DNA of 37,713 nt from the IMG/VR virus record IMGVR_UViG_3300011339_000481, positions 1 through 37,713 of that record. One strand, 5' to 3'. Positions within the stretch are counted from its first letter, which is position 1; every line of letters starts with the position of its first letter. The position numbers were made by a program, and so were the translations under genes. This DNA comes from a virus (lineage: Duplodnaviria; Caudoviricetes). Under the pieces are notes generated by a model, which had not been told where the DNA came from, ran no database searches, and saw only the letters and a list, made by a program, of their open reading frames with translations. Of this stretch, positions 9,229 to 16,900 are shown piece by piece.

Positions 9229-9343
9229 ATTCAGCTTTCAAGTCTTCGTAGTGATGGATAAGTAATTGATACTTGTCTTGTAACTCATAGTACCTACTCT
9301 CCAAGTCAAGCATTCTACCAGCTATCTTGTCCATGTCAATCAT
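9161..9343 (-). CDS. Small coiled-coil hypothetical protein
   Basis: Heptad pattern; ATGA overlap with the upstream gene. Confidence 0.6.
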   Translation of the reverse strand: MIDMDKIAGRMLDLESRYYELQDKYQLLIHHYEDLKAEYEAYRSRHRDNIRSQHDLDGSN

Positions 9344-9624
9344 TGCATACCCCGATAAGTTAATTCAGGGCAATAGTACACAGGAGCTTCTTTCCAGTTA
9401 GCTCTGTAGGTACACTTGATCACACTGTCATTAGAGACTAACTTAAAAGGACTACCGGTACTAGCCTTCTTACGGGCTTTATAGGCTCTCTTATGTGCAG
9501 CTTTCTTGTCCTTATTGATTACAGCCCACTCACGATCCTTAGCCTTCCTGTGCTCAATTCTCTCTTGAATGACTTCAGGTGCTACACCTCTATCAATCAT
9601 CTTCTGAATCCACTTAGCTGTCAT
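9340..9624 (-). CDS. Basic hypothetical protein
   Basis: ATGA overlaps on both sides; K/R-rich helix. Confidence 0.7.
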   Translation of the reverse strand: MTAKWIQKMIDRGVAPEVIQERIEHRKAKDREWAVINKDKKAAHKRAYKARKKASTGSPFKLVSNDSVIKCTYRANWKEAPVYYCPELTYRGMQ

Positions 9625-9854
9625 TTCTTCATATTCCTTACAAATGTTGCAAACGATTCGGCAGTAGTGCCAAAGGCTTTCATCTTGTCAAACTCTCTAG
9701 CCACTTCCTCTAGGATTGCGTTTCTTTGAGAAGGTGAGACATAAATGTCAAAGTAATATGGCTGACCCAAATCCCTCAGTATCTGCTTACCAAGGTTAGA
9801 TTGCCTCTCAACCTCGTTGAAGGCTTCGTCTTCCTCTTTTGTCCAGTCAGTCAT
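9621..9854 (-). CDS. Hypothetical protein (MTDWTKEEDEAF...)
   Basis: AAGGAG RBS before ATG 9854. Confidence 0.75.
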   Translation of the reverse strand: MTDWTKEEDEAFNEVERQSNLGKQILRDLGQPYYFDIYVSPSQRNAILEEVAREFDKMKAFGTTAESFATFVRNMKK

Positions 9855-10009
9855 GTGTTCTTCTCCTTGAGTCTGCACTCGTAAACTGATTGACTTACCC
9901 AAAACCCACCAAGTTTTTCACATTCATGACCGATTGTTGAGGATGACATAGCCCACCCAAAACAAAATGTACAAGCAAGCACTAATGCACCAACAAAACC
10001 TTCAAACAT
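9851..10009 (-). CDS. Small membrane-anchored protein (MFEGFVGALV...)
   Basis: AAGGAG RBS before ATG 10009; N-terminal transmembrane segment followed by two Cys. Confidence 0.7.
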   Translation of the reverse strand: MFEGFVGALVLACTFCFGWAMSSSTIGHECEKLGGFWVSQSVYECRLKEKNT

Positions 10010-10319
10010 TGTTCTTCTCCTTGAGTTTAGCTTCAATGGCTCTCTCGTAACCAAGATTGACAGATTCACATTCACCATACTGGTTGTGATGTGCCTCATA
10101 AATTTTGTCAATCTCATCATCCGTCAGCCCAACCCATGTGCGCTGTGGTGCGGTCATGTAAAGAGAATCAAACACATATTTGTCTGATGGTTTTGTAAAT
10201 GTCAAAGACGGAACATTGTTCTCCCCCCAAACCATCCACGCCACAGGCTCAGGCTCATAGTTCAAGCCTAACTCTCTAGCGTTCTCTGCTTTCTTTTCTA
10301 GGGCTTCATCTTTAGTCAT
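10002..10319 (-). CDS. Hypothetical protein of the EPVAW...RTWVGLTDDE...AIEAKLKEKN family
   Basis: Motif string I recall from betaproteobacterial phage accessory genes. Confidence 0.75.
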   Translation of the reverse strand: MTKDEALEKKAENARELGLNYEPEPVAWMVWGENNVPSLTFTKPSDKYVFDSLYMTAPQRTWVGLTDDEIDKIYEAHHNQYGECESVNLGYERAIEAKLKEKNNV

Positions 10320-10465
10320 GGTTTTGCAGCCTCCAAATAAAGTCCAACATTACCCAGTGCATAACCTACAAAGGCTATACCCAGACCTGTATTCCCTTTG
10401 TAGAGCAAGTCAGCAGCCACTACAGCATAGACTACTCCTACGATACCTATTAACCATGCACTCAT
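10316..10465 (-). CDS. Small two-TM membrane protein (MSAWLIGIVG...)
   Basis: AGGAGG RBS; ATGA overlap with the helicase stop. Confidence 0.75.
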   Translation of the reverse strand: MSAWLIGIVGVVYAVVAADLLYKGNTGLGIAFVGYALGNVGLYLEAAKP

Positions 10466-12090
10466 AATGTATCCTCCTGAAGTTCTACCATACGTCCAGT
10501 ATCCATGTCGTACTTCAAAGTACACGCAGGGCCTGTATAGCCATTGTAACGATTCTTAGCCACTGATACCTTAGTTTGATGTCTCTCATTGTCATCCTGA
10601 GCCATACTGTTACGCTCCAGTGTAATCACAGCATCACTCAGTTGAGCAATAGCACCTGATCCTCTAAGCTGAGACAATGATACAGCCTGTCCATCCTCAT
10701 GTCCTGCATTGCCTGTAGGTCTACGAAGGTGACTGACACAGATCAAAGTGATCTCAAGTTCCTGCACCAGTGTACGAAGCTTCGTCATCATGTTATCAAT
10801 AGCCTTGCGCTCATCTCCAAGGTCTTGACCCGAGACCACGATAGATATGTGATCCAAGAATACCACACGACAATCGCAAGCTTTTGCCATATATCGGATT
10901 CTATTGGTAATGTTATCCACGTCACTTGAACCAAAGTGATCAAAAAGATAAATACGATTAGAGCCGAGCGTATTGTCAAAAGCATCTTTAAGTTCCTGTT
11001 CAGTTGTAGGTGTATCAGGCAAATGCAACAGCTTGTTAGCGTGTAAAGACATGATACTTCTAGCTGTCTTTCTAGTGGATTCTTCGAGGAATAACCCTCC
11101 AATGTTCCACTTCGTAGTGTTCAGAATGTTAAATAAGATCTCTCTCAAGAATTGACTCTTACCTAATCCCGAGCCTGCAGTGACTGTGATCAACTCTGAA
11201 GGACGCATACCATAGAGAAGCTTATTCAAGCCCTTCCAAGGGTACATAGCCTCAGCCTTAGCTTCAGGCTTAATAACTTCCTCCCACAGTGATGCAGCAT
11301 TGATAATCCCATCAGGAATGTAAGTCTCAGCTCTCCACCACTCATTAACAAACTCTTTATTAGCCCCTGCAATAAGGTAATCACAAGCATCTTTGTAGCC
11401 ACTCAAATGCTTAACGATCTTAGCCTTCTGTCCGAATAACTCAGCTACCTCTTTAGAAGCCTTCTTACCCGGCTCATCAGCATCGAAGCAGATCACAATA
11501 TTCTCAAAGGTGTTCAGCCATTCATACTGAGCTTTGCAGTCCTTTAAAGCGGCTTGAGCACCGTTTCGTATTGAGACGGAAGGCCACTGTGAGCCTGTGA
11601 GTTGATAGCCTGCGAGGGCATCAAGTTCTCCTTCATAGATTGTGATGTATTTACCGCCTGCGTGAAAGAGCTGCTGTCCGAACAACCTAGCATCCTTGAA
11701 TGAGCCAAGAATGCTGAAAGTTTTGTCTGCCACTCGTCTAACTTTTGCTGCGACAACCCCTCCGGAATCATCAGTGTAAGGATAAAAGTGCTGTGCATTG
11801 TCTTGTGTAACTCCATATTTCTCACATGTTTGTAATGTAATACCCCTGTCAGGTATCGCTTTAACAGTTCCTTTGATGTCTAGCATCTGTATCTTCCTAG
11901 GCGCTACAGCCTGTTGTTTAACCGATAAGTCACAAGCATCTGCCTCGTGCTCAGTATGGTGACAATTGAAACAGTAGAAGTGTCCATCGTCATATTCAGC
12001 ACCTGCATCTGAACTACCGCAGTGCTCACATGGCACATGGCGGAGGAACTTTGAAGGTGTCTTAGGTTTGGGTACTAGGTTAAGCTTCAC
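10462..12090 (-). CDS. Primase-helicase (T7 gp4-like)
   Basis: CEHC/CFNC zinc finger, TOPRIM EGELD and FDAD, Walker A AGSGLGKS, DHIS, LRGSG, KNR; GTG start at 12090 behind GGAGG. Confidence 0.95.
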   Translation of the reverse strand: MKLNLVPKPKTPSKFLRHVPCEHCGSSDAGAEYDDGHFYCFNCHHTEHEADACDLSVKQQAVAPRKIQMLDIKGTVKAIPDRGITLQTCEKYGVTQDNAQHFYPYTDDSGGVVAAKVRRVADKTFSILGSFKDARLFGQQLFHAGGKYITIYEGELDALAGYQLTGSQWPSVSIRNGAQAALKDCKAQYEWLNTFENIVICFDADEPGKKASKEVAELFGQKAKIVKHLSGYKDACDYLIAGANKEFVNEWWRAETYIPDGIINAASLWEEVIKPEAKAEAMYPWKGLNKLLYGMRPSELITVTAGSGLGKSQFLREILFNILNTTKWNIGGLFLEESTRKTARSIMSLHANKLLHLPDTPTTEQELKDAFDNTLGSNRIYLFDHFGSSDVDNITNRIRYMAKACDCRVVFLDHISIVVSGQDLGDERKAIDNMMTKLRTLVQELEITLICVSHLRRPTGNAGHEDGQAVSLSQLRGSGAIAQLSDAVITLERNSMAQDDNERHQTKVSVAKNRYNGYTGPACTLKYDMDTGRMVELQEDTL

Positions 12091-12322
12091 TACCGCCTCC
12101 ATATACTTCGTTGATAGTCTTACCCTGTCCAAGGGTGTTTCTAAGCCCTTCAATGGTCTTTAGAGCTGTTTTATCGAGATATCCATAGTAGATGTCCCCT
12201 CTGAGCTGAAAAGCTGTGAAATCCTCTAGCATCGATAGTGTCTCAGCCAAAGCTTTCAAGCTGCTATCACCTCCCAAAGGTACAGACGGAAAAGGCCATG
12301 GTTTATTAGGGTCAATGTCCAT
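12080..12322 (-). CDS. Hypothetical protein with PWPFP motif
   Basis: ORF contiguous with the operon. Confidence 0.7.
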   Translation of the reverse strand: MDIDPNKPWPFPSVPLGGDSSLKALAETLSMLEDFTAFQLRGDIYYGYLDKTALKTIEGLRNTLGQGKTINEVYGGGSEA

Positions 12323-12382
12323 TTACTTGCTCACAATCAGTTTAATTAAAGTTACTACAACGACAAACAATGTCATCATCAT
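12323..12382 (-). CDS. 19-aa hydrophobic micropeptide MMMTLFVVVVTLIKLIVSK; not in ORF track
   Basis: ATGA overlap upstream and TAA-ATG junction downstream fill the gap exactly. Confidence 0.55.
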   Translation of the reverse strand: MMMTLFVVVVTLIKLIVSK

Positions 12383-12573
12383 GGGTGTTCATCCACGGGT
12401 AAGACATAACCTTCAGCTAAGCGCTTAAGTACAGTTTCAGCTACATCAGCCATCACTCTGTCCCTGCCATTGTTCATTATCAGATCAGCCATACTGTCAA
12501 TGACAGACCAATACCAACACTCATACTGAACGACATCCATATCAATGTCATCATCCATCACTTCAATAGACAT
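12379..12573 (-). CDS. Acidic hypothetical protein, first gene of the replication operon
   Basis: AGGAGG RBS. Confidence 0.75.
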   Translation of the reverse strand: MSIEVMDDDIDMDVVQYECWYWSVIDSMADLIMNNGRDRVMADVAETVLKRLAEGYVLPVDEHP

Positions 12574-12676
12574 AAATTATCCTCCTAGGGTTAGTGTCTA
12601 ATGTTAACAGTCCTACTACACTTTCCGTGCCTTCGGCACTTTAAAGTAACTTTATAAGTATTATATAAAGATATCT

Positions 12677-12701
12677 TTAATAGTGTATTTAACTTCTATG
12701 T
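12677..12701 (-). repeat. 25-bp element ACATAGAAGTTAAATACACTATTAA, copy 1 (inverted relative to 17008..17032)
   Basis: Exact reverse complement of 17008..17032. Confidence 0.95.
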
Positions 12702-12748
12702 AACTTCTATGGAACATCTTAGGTTCTTTGTAGTTACTCTAAAGTATT

Positions 12749-12777
12749 AGGGTAGCATACTTTGTTCAGATTGTCAA
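12749..12777 (-). promoter_or_regulatory. Sigma70 promoter for the replication operon
   Basis: TTGACA-17 nt-TACCCT with extended -10 TG, in an intergenic gap. Confidence 0.75.
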
Positions 12778-12784
12778 TATCCTC

Positions 12785-13012
12785 TCAATAGTCCCTACTG
12801 TCAATAGGGTCTATATCGTTATCTTCATCCTCCAAAGTATCATCCATATCATCTGCTGATATCAGGTCTTGTCTATCCTTTGTAGGTAGACTTGCATCAG
12901 CCTGTACAGTCTTAAAGCACTGCTGACATATGTCTAAGAACATTCCTGTCACTGCGTGCTTACGGGTACTTTCAAAGTCTGTCAGTATCTTGTCACAACA
13001 TAGGCATTTCAT
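12785..13012 (-). CDS. Zinc-finger hypothetical protein with acidic tail
   Basis: CLCC...CQQC motifs and D-rich C-terminus. Confidence 0.75.
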   Translation of the reverse strand: MKCLCCDKILTDFESTRKHAVTGMFLDICQQCFKTVQADASLPTKDRQDLISADDMDDTLEDEDNDIDPIDSRDY

Positions 13013-13236
13013 ACTTGTTTCTTTCTGTAAGGGTTAACTGTTGCCCATGCCCTCATGTGCACAGGGTTGCCTTGAGCATCGTAGCAGAGACTATATGCCC
13101 CGTCAATATGTTTAAACCATAACATACCAATGTGTGTCTTTATAGGTGTCTCTCTAGGGACATCGTACAAAGGCTTAGAGGGTTGTTCGATCCAATCTTT
13201 TAAGTCAATTTCTGATAACATCTTAAATATCCTCAC
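13009..13236 (-). CDS. Hypothetical early protein
   Basis: Overlapping operon ORF; start may be an internal ATG. Confidence 0.65.
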   Translation of the reverse strand: MRIFKMLSEIDLKDWIEQPSKPLYDVPRETPIKTHIGMLWFKHIDGAYSLCYDAQGNPVHMRAWATVNPYRKKQV

Positions 13237-13411
13237 TTTCTAAGGTCATTTTAAAGTGTACAGCTTCCCCTACATCATTCATAGGTTCTCTTAATGAATT
13301 TAAAATCTTAATTAATTCATCGCTTGAAATAAGACAGTCAAATTCAAGTTTTAGAACCTTACGTCTACCTTCGCCTGAATACCCTACAATTGAGCCTTTA
13401 TTGTATAACAT
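13223..13411 (-). CDS. Hypothetical early protein
   Basis: G-rich RBS; operon position. Confidence 0.65.
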   Translation of the reverse strand: MLYNKGSIVGYSGEGRRKVLKLEFDCLISSDELIKILNSLREPMNDVGEAVHFKMTLESEDI

Positions 13412-13424
13412 AGCACCCTACCCC

Positions 13425-13709
13425 TTACCTAATGTGAAATGAAGGCTTAAACAGCCCATAAATGGCCTTTAAAGGGCTTTCATTGTCATAGTCAATAGTC
13501 TGTTGTTCAATGTACTCCTTTTTGTAGGACTCTAAAGCATCCCATTCTAAGTCTTTCCATTGATTGTCTGACAGTACATCAAAGACACTATTGCCCTCAT
13601 AGAGCACATCGGTGAAGTCTACATAGTCGGATTCAATGTCGACTTCACATGTGACAGTCACCAAAGCCCTGCTATCTGCCAATAGCGTATCAAATTTATA
13701 ATTAACCAT
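13425..13709 (-). CDS. Acidic hypothetical early protein
   Basis: AAGGG RBS; D/E-rich. Confidence 0.7.
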   Translation of the reverse strand: MVNYKFDTLLADSRALVTVTCEVDIESDYVDFTDVLYEGNSVFDVLSDNQWKDLEWDALESYKKEYIEQQTIDYDNESPLKAIYGLFKPSFHIR

Positions 13710-13712
13710 GAT

Positions 13713-13880
13713 TTACTTTCCCTTTCCATTCGAGGCACGGCCTCTGGTTATGACAAGTTTATAAAGGTTTGCCGGTTGACCTTCTAAGTTATTATTCTCT
13801 TCTAGCCACTCCTGAGCGAATGATAACTTGTTGAAGGTTGCAACGACAATGCCCGATGATATACTGACAATTTTGTACAT
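13713..13880 (-). CDS. Small early protein, 55 aa (MYKIVSISSG...KGK); not in ORF track
   Basis: Manual translation; fills the gap, with AAGGG RBS. Confidence 0.7.
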   Translation of the reverse strand: MYKIVSISSGIVVATFNKLSFAQEWLEENNNLEGQPANLYKLVITRGRASNGKGK

Positions 13881-13882
13881 GT

Positions 13883-14302
13883 TTATTTAACCCTTTCAAT
13901 GGTTGCATCTTTACCGGTCTGCTGTTTGTAGAATTTAACTTCAAAGTCTGCTTGATCCTCCGAATATGTAGTATTTACCAGTGCTTTAGTCTGTTTATCT
14001 CTAACTTTCCACATCTCCCCACCATCTAAGCGAACAATTTCAGGCAGATAACATTGTTTCTTAATATCAAAGATTGACACACTGTCCCATTGTTTGCCTT
14101 CATCGTCACAATCAAAAACTAGCTCATAATCCCTTGATCCAATGACAATGTAGTTATGGTTTCTTTCAAAGCTTCCATGCCCGATGTCCCCACTAGCATA
14201 TTGACCATACTTAGGAAATAAGACATACCAGTGATTGCGTTCTAGATCGACAATTAATTCCAGCTTGTGTTTGTTTACTTCAATGTCAAAGTGTTTGATC
14301 AT
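13883..14302 (-). CDS. Hypothetical early protein (MIKHFDIEV...)
   Basis: AAGGGG RBS before ATG 14302. Confidence 0.7.
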   Translation of the reverse strand: MIKHFDIEVNKHKLELIVDLERNHWYVLFPKYGQYASGDIGHGSFERNHNYIVIGSRDYELVFDCDDEGKQWDSVSIFDIKKQCYLPEIVRLDGGEMWKVRDKQTKALVNTTYSEDQADFEVKFYKQQTGKDATIERVK

Positions 14303-14303
14303 A

Positions 14304-14453
14304 TTAAAACCCCTTAAAGTACAGTTTATCATCATCTACAGTGATCCATGCTTCACGAGTAACTGTATTGAACATAATTTCATCGCCCACGTTGATCAAA
14401 GCCCCCGTACGGCAACAAATGCCCTTGAACCTTGCTTTCATTTTCTTGATCAT
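14304..14453 (-). CDS. Small early protein, 49 aa (MIKKMKARFKGICCRTG...); not in ORF track
   Basis: Manual translation; ATGA overlap with the upstream gene. Confidence 0.7.
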   Translation of the reverse strand: MIKKMKARFKGICCRTGALINVGDEIMFNTVTREAWITVDDDKLYFKGF

Positions 14454-14650
14454 CTTTTACCCTTTAAAACCTTAATTGACCGTTTATACAATTCTGAGCA
14501 TGCATCGTTTACTTGATCCCTATACTTACCTTCGGCAACACTATTGCCAATTGATTGCATAGCCATTGCCGCCAATGTAGCATCTTCGATAATATATCTT
14601 AGCTCATCTTTGGTTTTGCGTTTATAGTCGTTTACTTTAAACTGTATCAT
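14450..14650 (-). CDS. Hypothetical early protein (ELRYIIEDA...GKYRDQVNDA)
   Basis: GAGGGG RBS; ATGA overlaps. Confidence 0.75.
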   Translation of the reverse strand: MIQFKVNDYKRKTKDELRYIIEDATLAAMAMQSIGNSVAEGKYRDQVNDACSELYKRSIKVLKGKR

Positions 14651-14961
14651 GCTTCACCCCTCAATTGTGCACAAATAGCGTTATAAATTGCCCGTTTATC
14701 CATATAGTAACCAAAATCCTTGTCACTTTCCGTAAAGTTATGCCACTGATTGTAGCGTTGATTTTCAAGGATGTCACTTGCAAGGCTATGCCATTGTGAA
14801 TAATGGCTTATAAAGCCTTGTCGATTGTAATGAGCTATAAAGCCACTTGCAAGGTATAGAAAGTTATACCCTTGGGCGTTAAGCTTCGATGGATCTTTGC
14901 AAGCCCTCACAATGTTATTCACAATGCGGGTTTTTTGTAGTGTAGTGAGACGTTTTAACAT
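14647..14961 (-). CDS. Hypothetical early protein (YNFLYLASGFIAHYN motif)
   Basis: Operon ORF; start placed at ATG 14961. Confidence 0.75.
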   Translation of the reverse strand: MLKRLTTLQKTRIVNNIVRACKDPSKLNAQGYNFLYLASGFIAHYNRQGFISHYSQWHSLASDILENQRYNQWHNFTESDKDFGYYMDKRAIYNAICAQLRGEA

Positions 14962-14962
14962 G

Positions 14963-15223
14963 TTATTTAATCCCGGCAATGGTTTTTAATTCAAGCTTCA
15001 AAGCTTTGGCACTATCGCCCCGGAAGCTTGCCGCATTAGATAGAAAATATAAGACAATAGATCTAGCATCATCGTAACCATATTTGTCGTTGATTGATGA
15101 TAAATCTCGCATGGCTTCAAGATACGGTTTTGCGGCATAGTTAACTTTAGGCCATGCTTTATAGATATCACGTGCAATTTGATACAATGGGCGTGCGTTT
15201 TCACTTGCTTGAATAGCTAACAT
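14963..15223 (-). CDS. Conserved phage early protein (RPLYQIA...AKPYLEAM...VLYFLSNAASFRG)
   Basis: AAAGGT RBS before ATG 15223; family pattern recalled from many phages, function unknown. Confidence 0.8.
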   Translation of the reverse strand: MLAIQASENARPLYQIARDIYKAWPKVNYAAKPYLEAMRDLSSINDKYGYDDARSIVLYFLSNAASFRGDSAKALKLELKTIAGIK

Positions 15224-15304
15224 TTTAATTACCTTTACAGTTAAAAACCTACAGAAAATTGTAGGACATAACGCACGTATAAGCATGCGCTACATTCTAG
15301 AATC

Positions 15305-16177
15305 TTAATGCATGGCAATAATAATTGGGACGCCCTTCAAAGCTTGCATACCGCAAGCATGCCCCTTACCCGTGCATGTACCGCATGTTCCCGGGCATGG
15401 AAAAGCTTTTTGAGGGTAGGCTTGTCTTAAAGCCTTTACAGTGGCGGGTTTGCCGTGATCACTAGATCGAACCTTAGAACCTATTCGAACGGCAATAAAT
15501 TCGCCCCTAGTGATTGATAAGGTTTTAATTGCCGTAACCATTGTAGGGTGTGCATTATGACCCCCGGAAATATTGAGGACATAATTAGACGGCAATTGAC
15601 CTTCATAAGACATAATTTGATTGAAGCTTTTCGAGTAACCGTAAACCCTTGCATTAGGTGTTGTTTTAATTAGATCAAACCAGAACGTTACATCGTCAAC
15701 ACTACTAAAATCCCCGTCAACGTACAATCTAACATCATATTGCAAGCCTTTGAATGATGCATCTACATTATGCAAAGCCCGTGCTATAGTCTCTTGAGAG
15801 TATCTCATAAGGTATGCATTCTGAGCTTGTCTCATAAAAGCCGCTGGGTAGCGCCATGCTCTAAAACTGTAGCAAAAATCTAAGCATTCCCCAGCCCCCG
15901 GACATGTAACCCCCGGCAAGCTTGAGAATGATACGAACGGAAGCTTAGAATTTCCATTCAGTGAAAATATACTGTAGCTTGGATCTAAGGTTTTAAAGGT
16001 ATGCTCAAGCTTTGCAAAGTTATCTTGCCAGCCCTTGCCGGTGAACATAGGCGAAGCTTGCAAAGCCTTTAAAGCTTCTAATGCACTATCTTTTGTGCCC
16101 CCTTGAATAGCTATTGCAAGCCCTTGCAAAGCCTTGAATTTTTGAGCACTATTTGAGAACAATTTAATTTGCATCAT
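15305..16177 (-). CDS. Gp88-like protein with Cx5Cx3C motif (radical-SAM-like) and C-terminal Cys cluster
   Basis: GNSKL, SLPGVTCPGAGECLDFCY, RLYVDGDF, YGYSK and CPGTCGTC...HAC motifs. Confidence 0.7.
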   Translation of the reverse strand: MMQIKLFSNSAQKFKALQGLAIAIQGGTKDSALEALKALQASPMFTGKGWQDNFAKLEHTFKTLDPSYSIFSLNGNSKLPFVSFSSLPGVTCPGAGECLDFCYSFRAWRYPAAFMRQAQNAYLMRYSQETIARALHNVDASFKGLQYDVRLYVDGDFSSVDDVTFWFDLIKTTPNARVYGYSKSFNQIMSYEGQLPSNYVLNISGGHNAHPTMVTAIKTLSITRGEFIAVRIGSKVRSSDHGKPATVKALRQAYPQKAFPCPGTCGTCTGKGHACGMQALKGVPIIIAMH

Positions 16178-16190
16178 GATATATAATCCT

Positions 16191-16286
16191 TCATTTAGTT
16201 AAGACATCGAAGTAAGCAAGCAAGCCCATGCATAAGCATAAGCCTAAGGCAATGGCGCAAACGATATCTAATACTTTATCTAACAT
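16191..16286 (-). CDS. 31-aa single-TM peptide MLDKVLDIVCAIALGLCLCMGLLAYFDVLTK, first gene of the early arm; not in ORF track
   Basis: Manual translation; AAGGGG RBS. Confidence 0.75.
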   Translation of the reverse strand: MLDKVLDIVCAIALGLCLCMGLLAYFDVLTK

Positions 16287-16320
16287 GTTGATCCCCTTGA
16301 ATGTTGTTTACGATGGATAG

Positions 16321-16352
16321 AGTATCAAGCCTTAATCTTACGTGAACCTTAC
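16321..16352 (-). promoter_or_regulatory. Putative activator-dependent early promoter
   Basis: -10-like GATACT; the -35 position is occupied by a GTAAG-N6-GTAAG direct repeat (11-bp period). Confidence 0.45.
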
Positions 16353-16399
16353 AAACACAAATATTTTTAAAGTTTAAACCCTTAAGTAAAAACCCTTAA

Positions 16400-16448
16400 T
16401 CTTATATAAGATACAAGAGTGCTCTTATGTCTTATATAAGACTTAATA
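16400..16448. promoter_or_regulatory. Two TCTTATATAAGA palindromes 30 bp apart (SdhR/GntR-like operators)
   Basis: Cores at 16400..16411 and 16430..16441 are seen directly; the regulator assignment is from memory of the consensus. Confidence 0.55.
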
Positions 16449-16871
16449 ATAACCCTTTAAAGTATAGGGATATTGAGTGGCTAGGTAGTAACCCTAGTAT
16501 GCCTTAATAGGTGCTACATCGTCCCTCCCATGTCAACTTTTAAGCCCTAGTCAGTCAACCTATAGTTACTCAACTAGACCTACAGAGTGACTGCGAAGTA
16601 AGCACTAACTAACCTGAGCTACAAAGTGATGGGGGGAGGGGTGGCTGTGTTGTGATTACTTTTGTGGGAGCCTCTGAAGTACACAAAAAAGGTAAAATAG
16701 ACCTAAGTAGTTATAAAAGATAACTATATGATTATGTTAATAAAAGTTAACAAGTACAGACTATTCTGAACACCCTAGGAAAGGGGAACTACAAAGTGAC
16801 TCTAAAGTCACCTAAGAAATTAGAGTTTAGACTCTAAAGTGAAAGAAAAGTAAAAATAAATAAGAAAAGAC

Positions 16872-16900
16872 TTGACAAATAGACAAACATAGTGTATAAT
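16872..16900 (+). promoter_or_regulatory. Consensus sigma70 promoter for the packaging/structural arm
   Basis: TTGACA-17 nt-TATAAT, with an A-tract UP-like element at 16842..16870. Confidence 0.9.

Noticed and set aside
9340-9624. Possible HNH homing endonuclease
   Set aside because: Only a basic helix similar to HNH-associated leaders; no HNH catalytic motif
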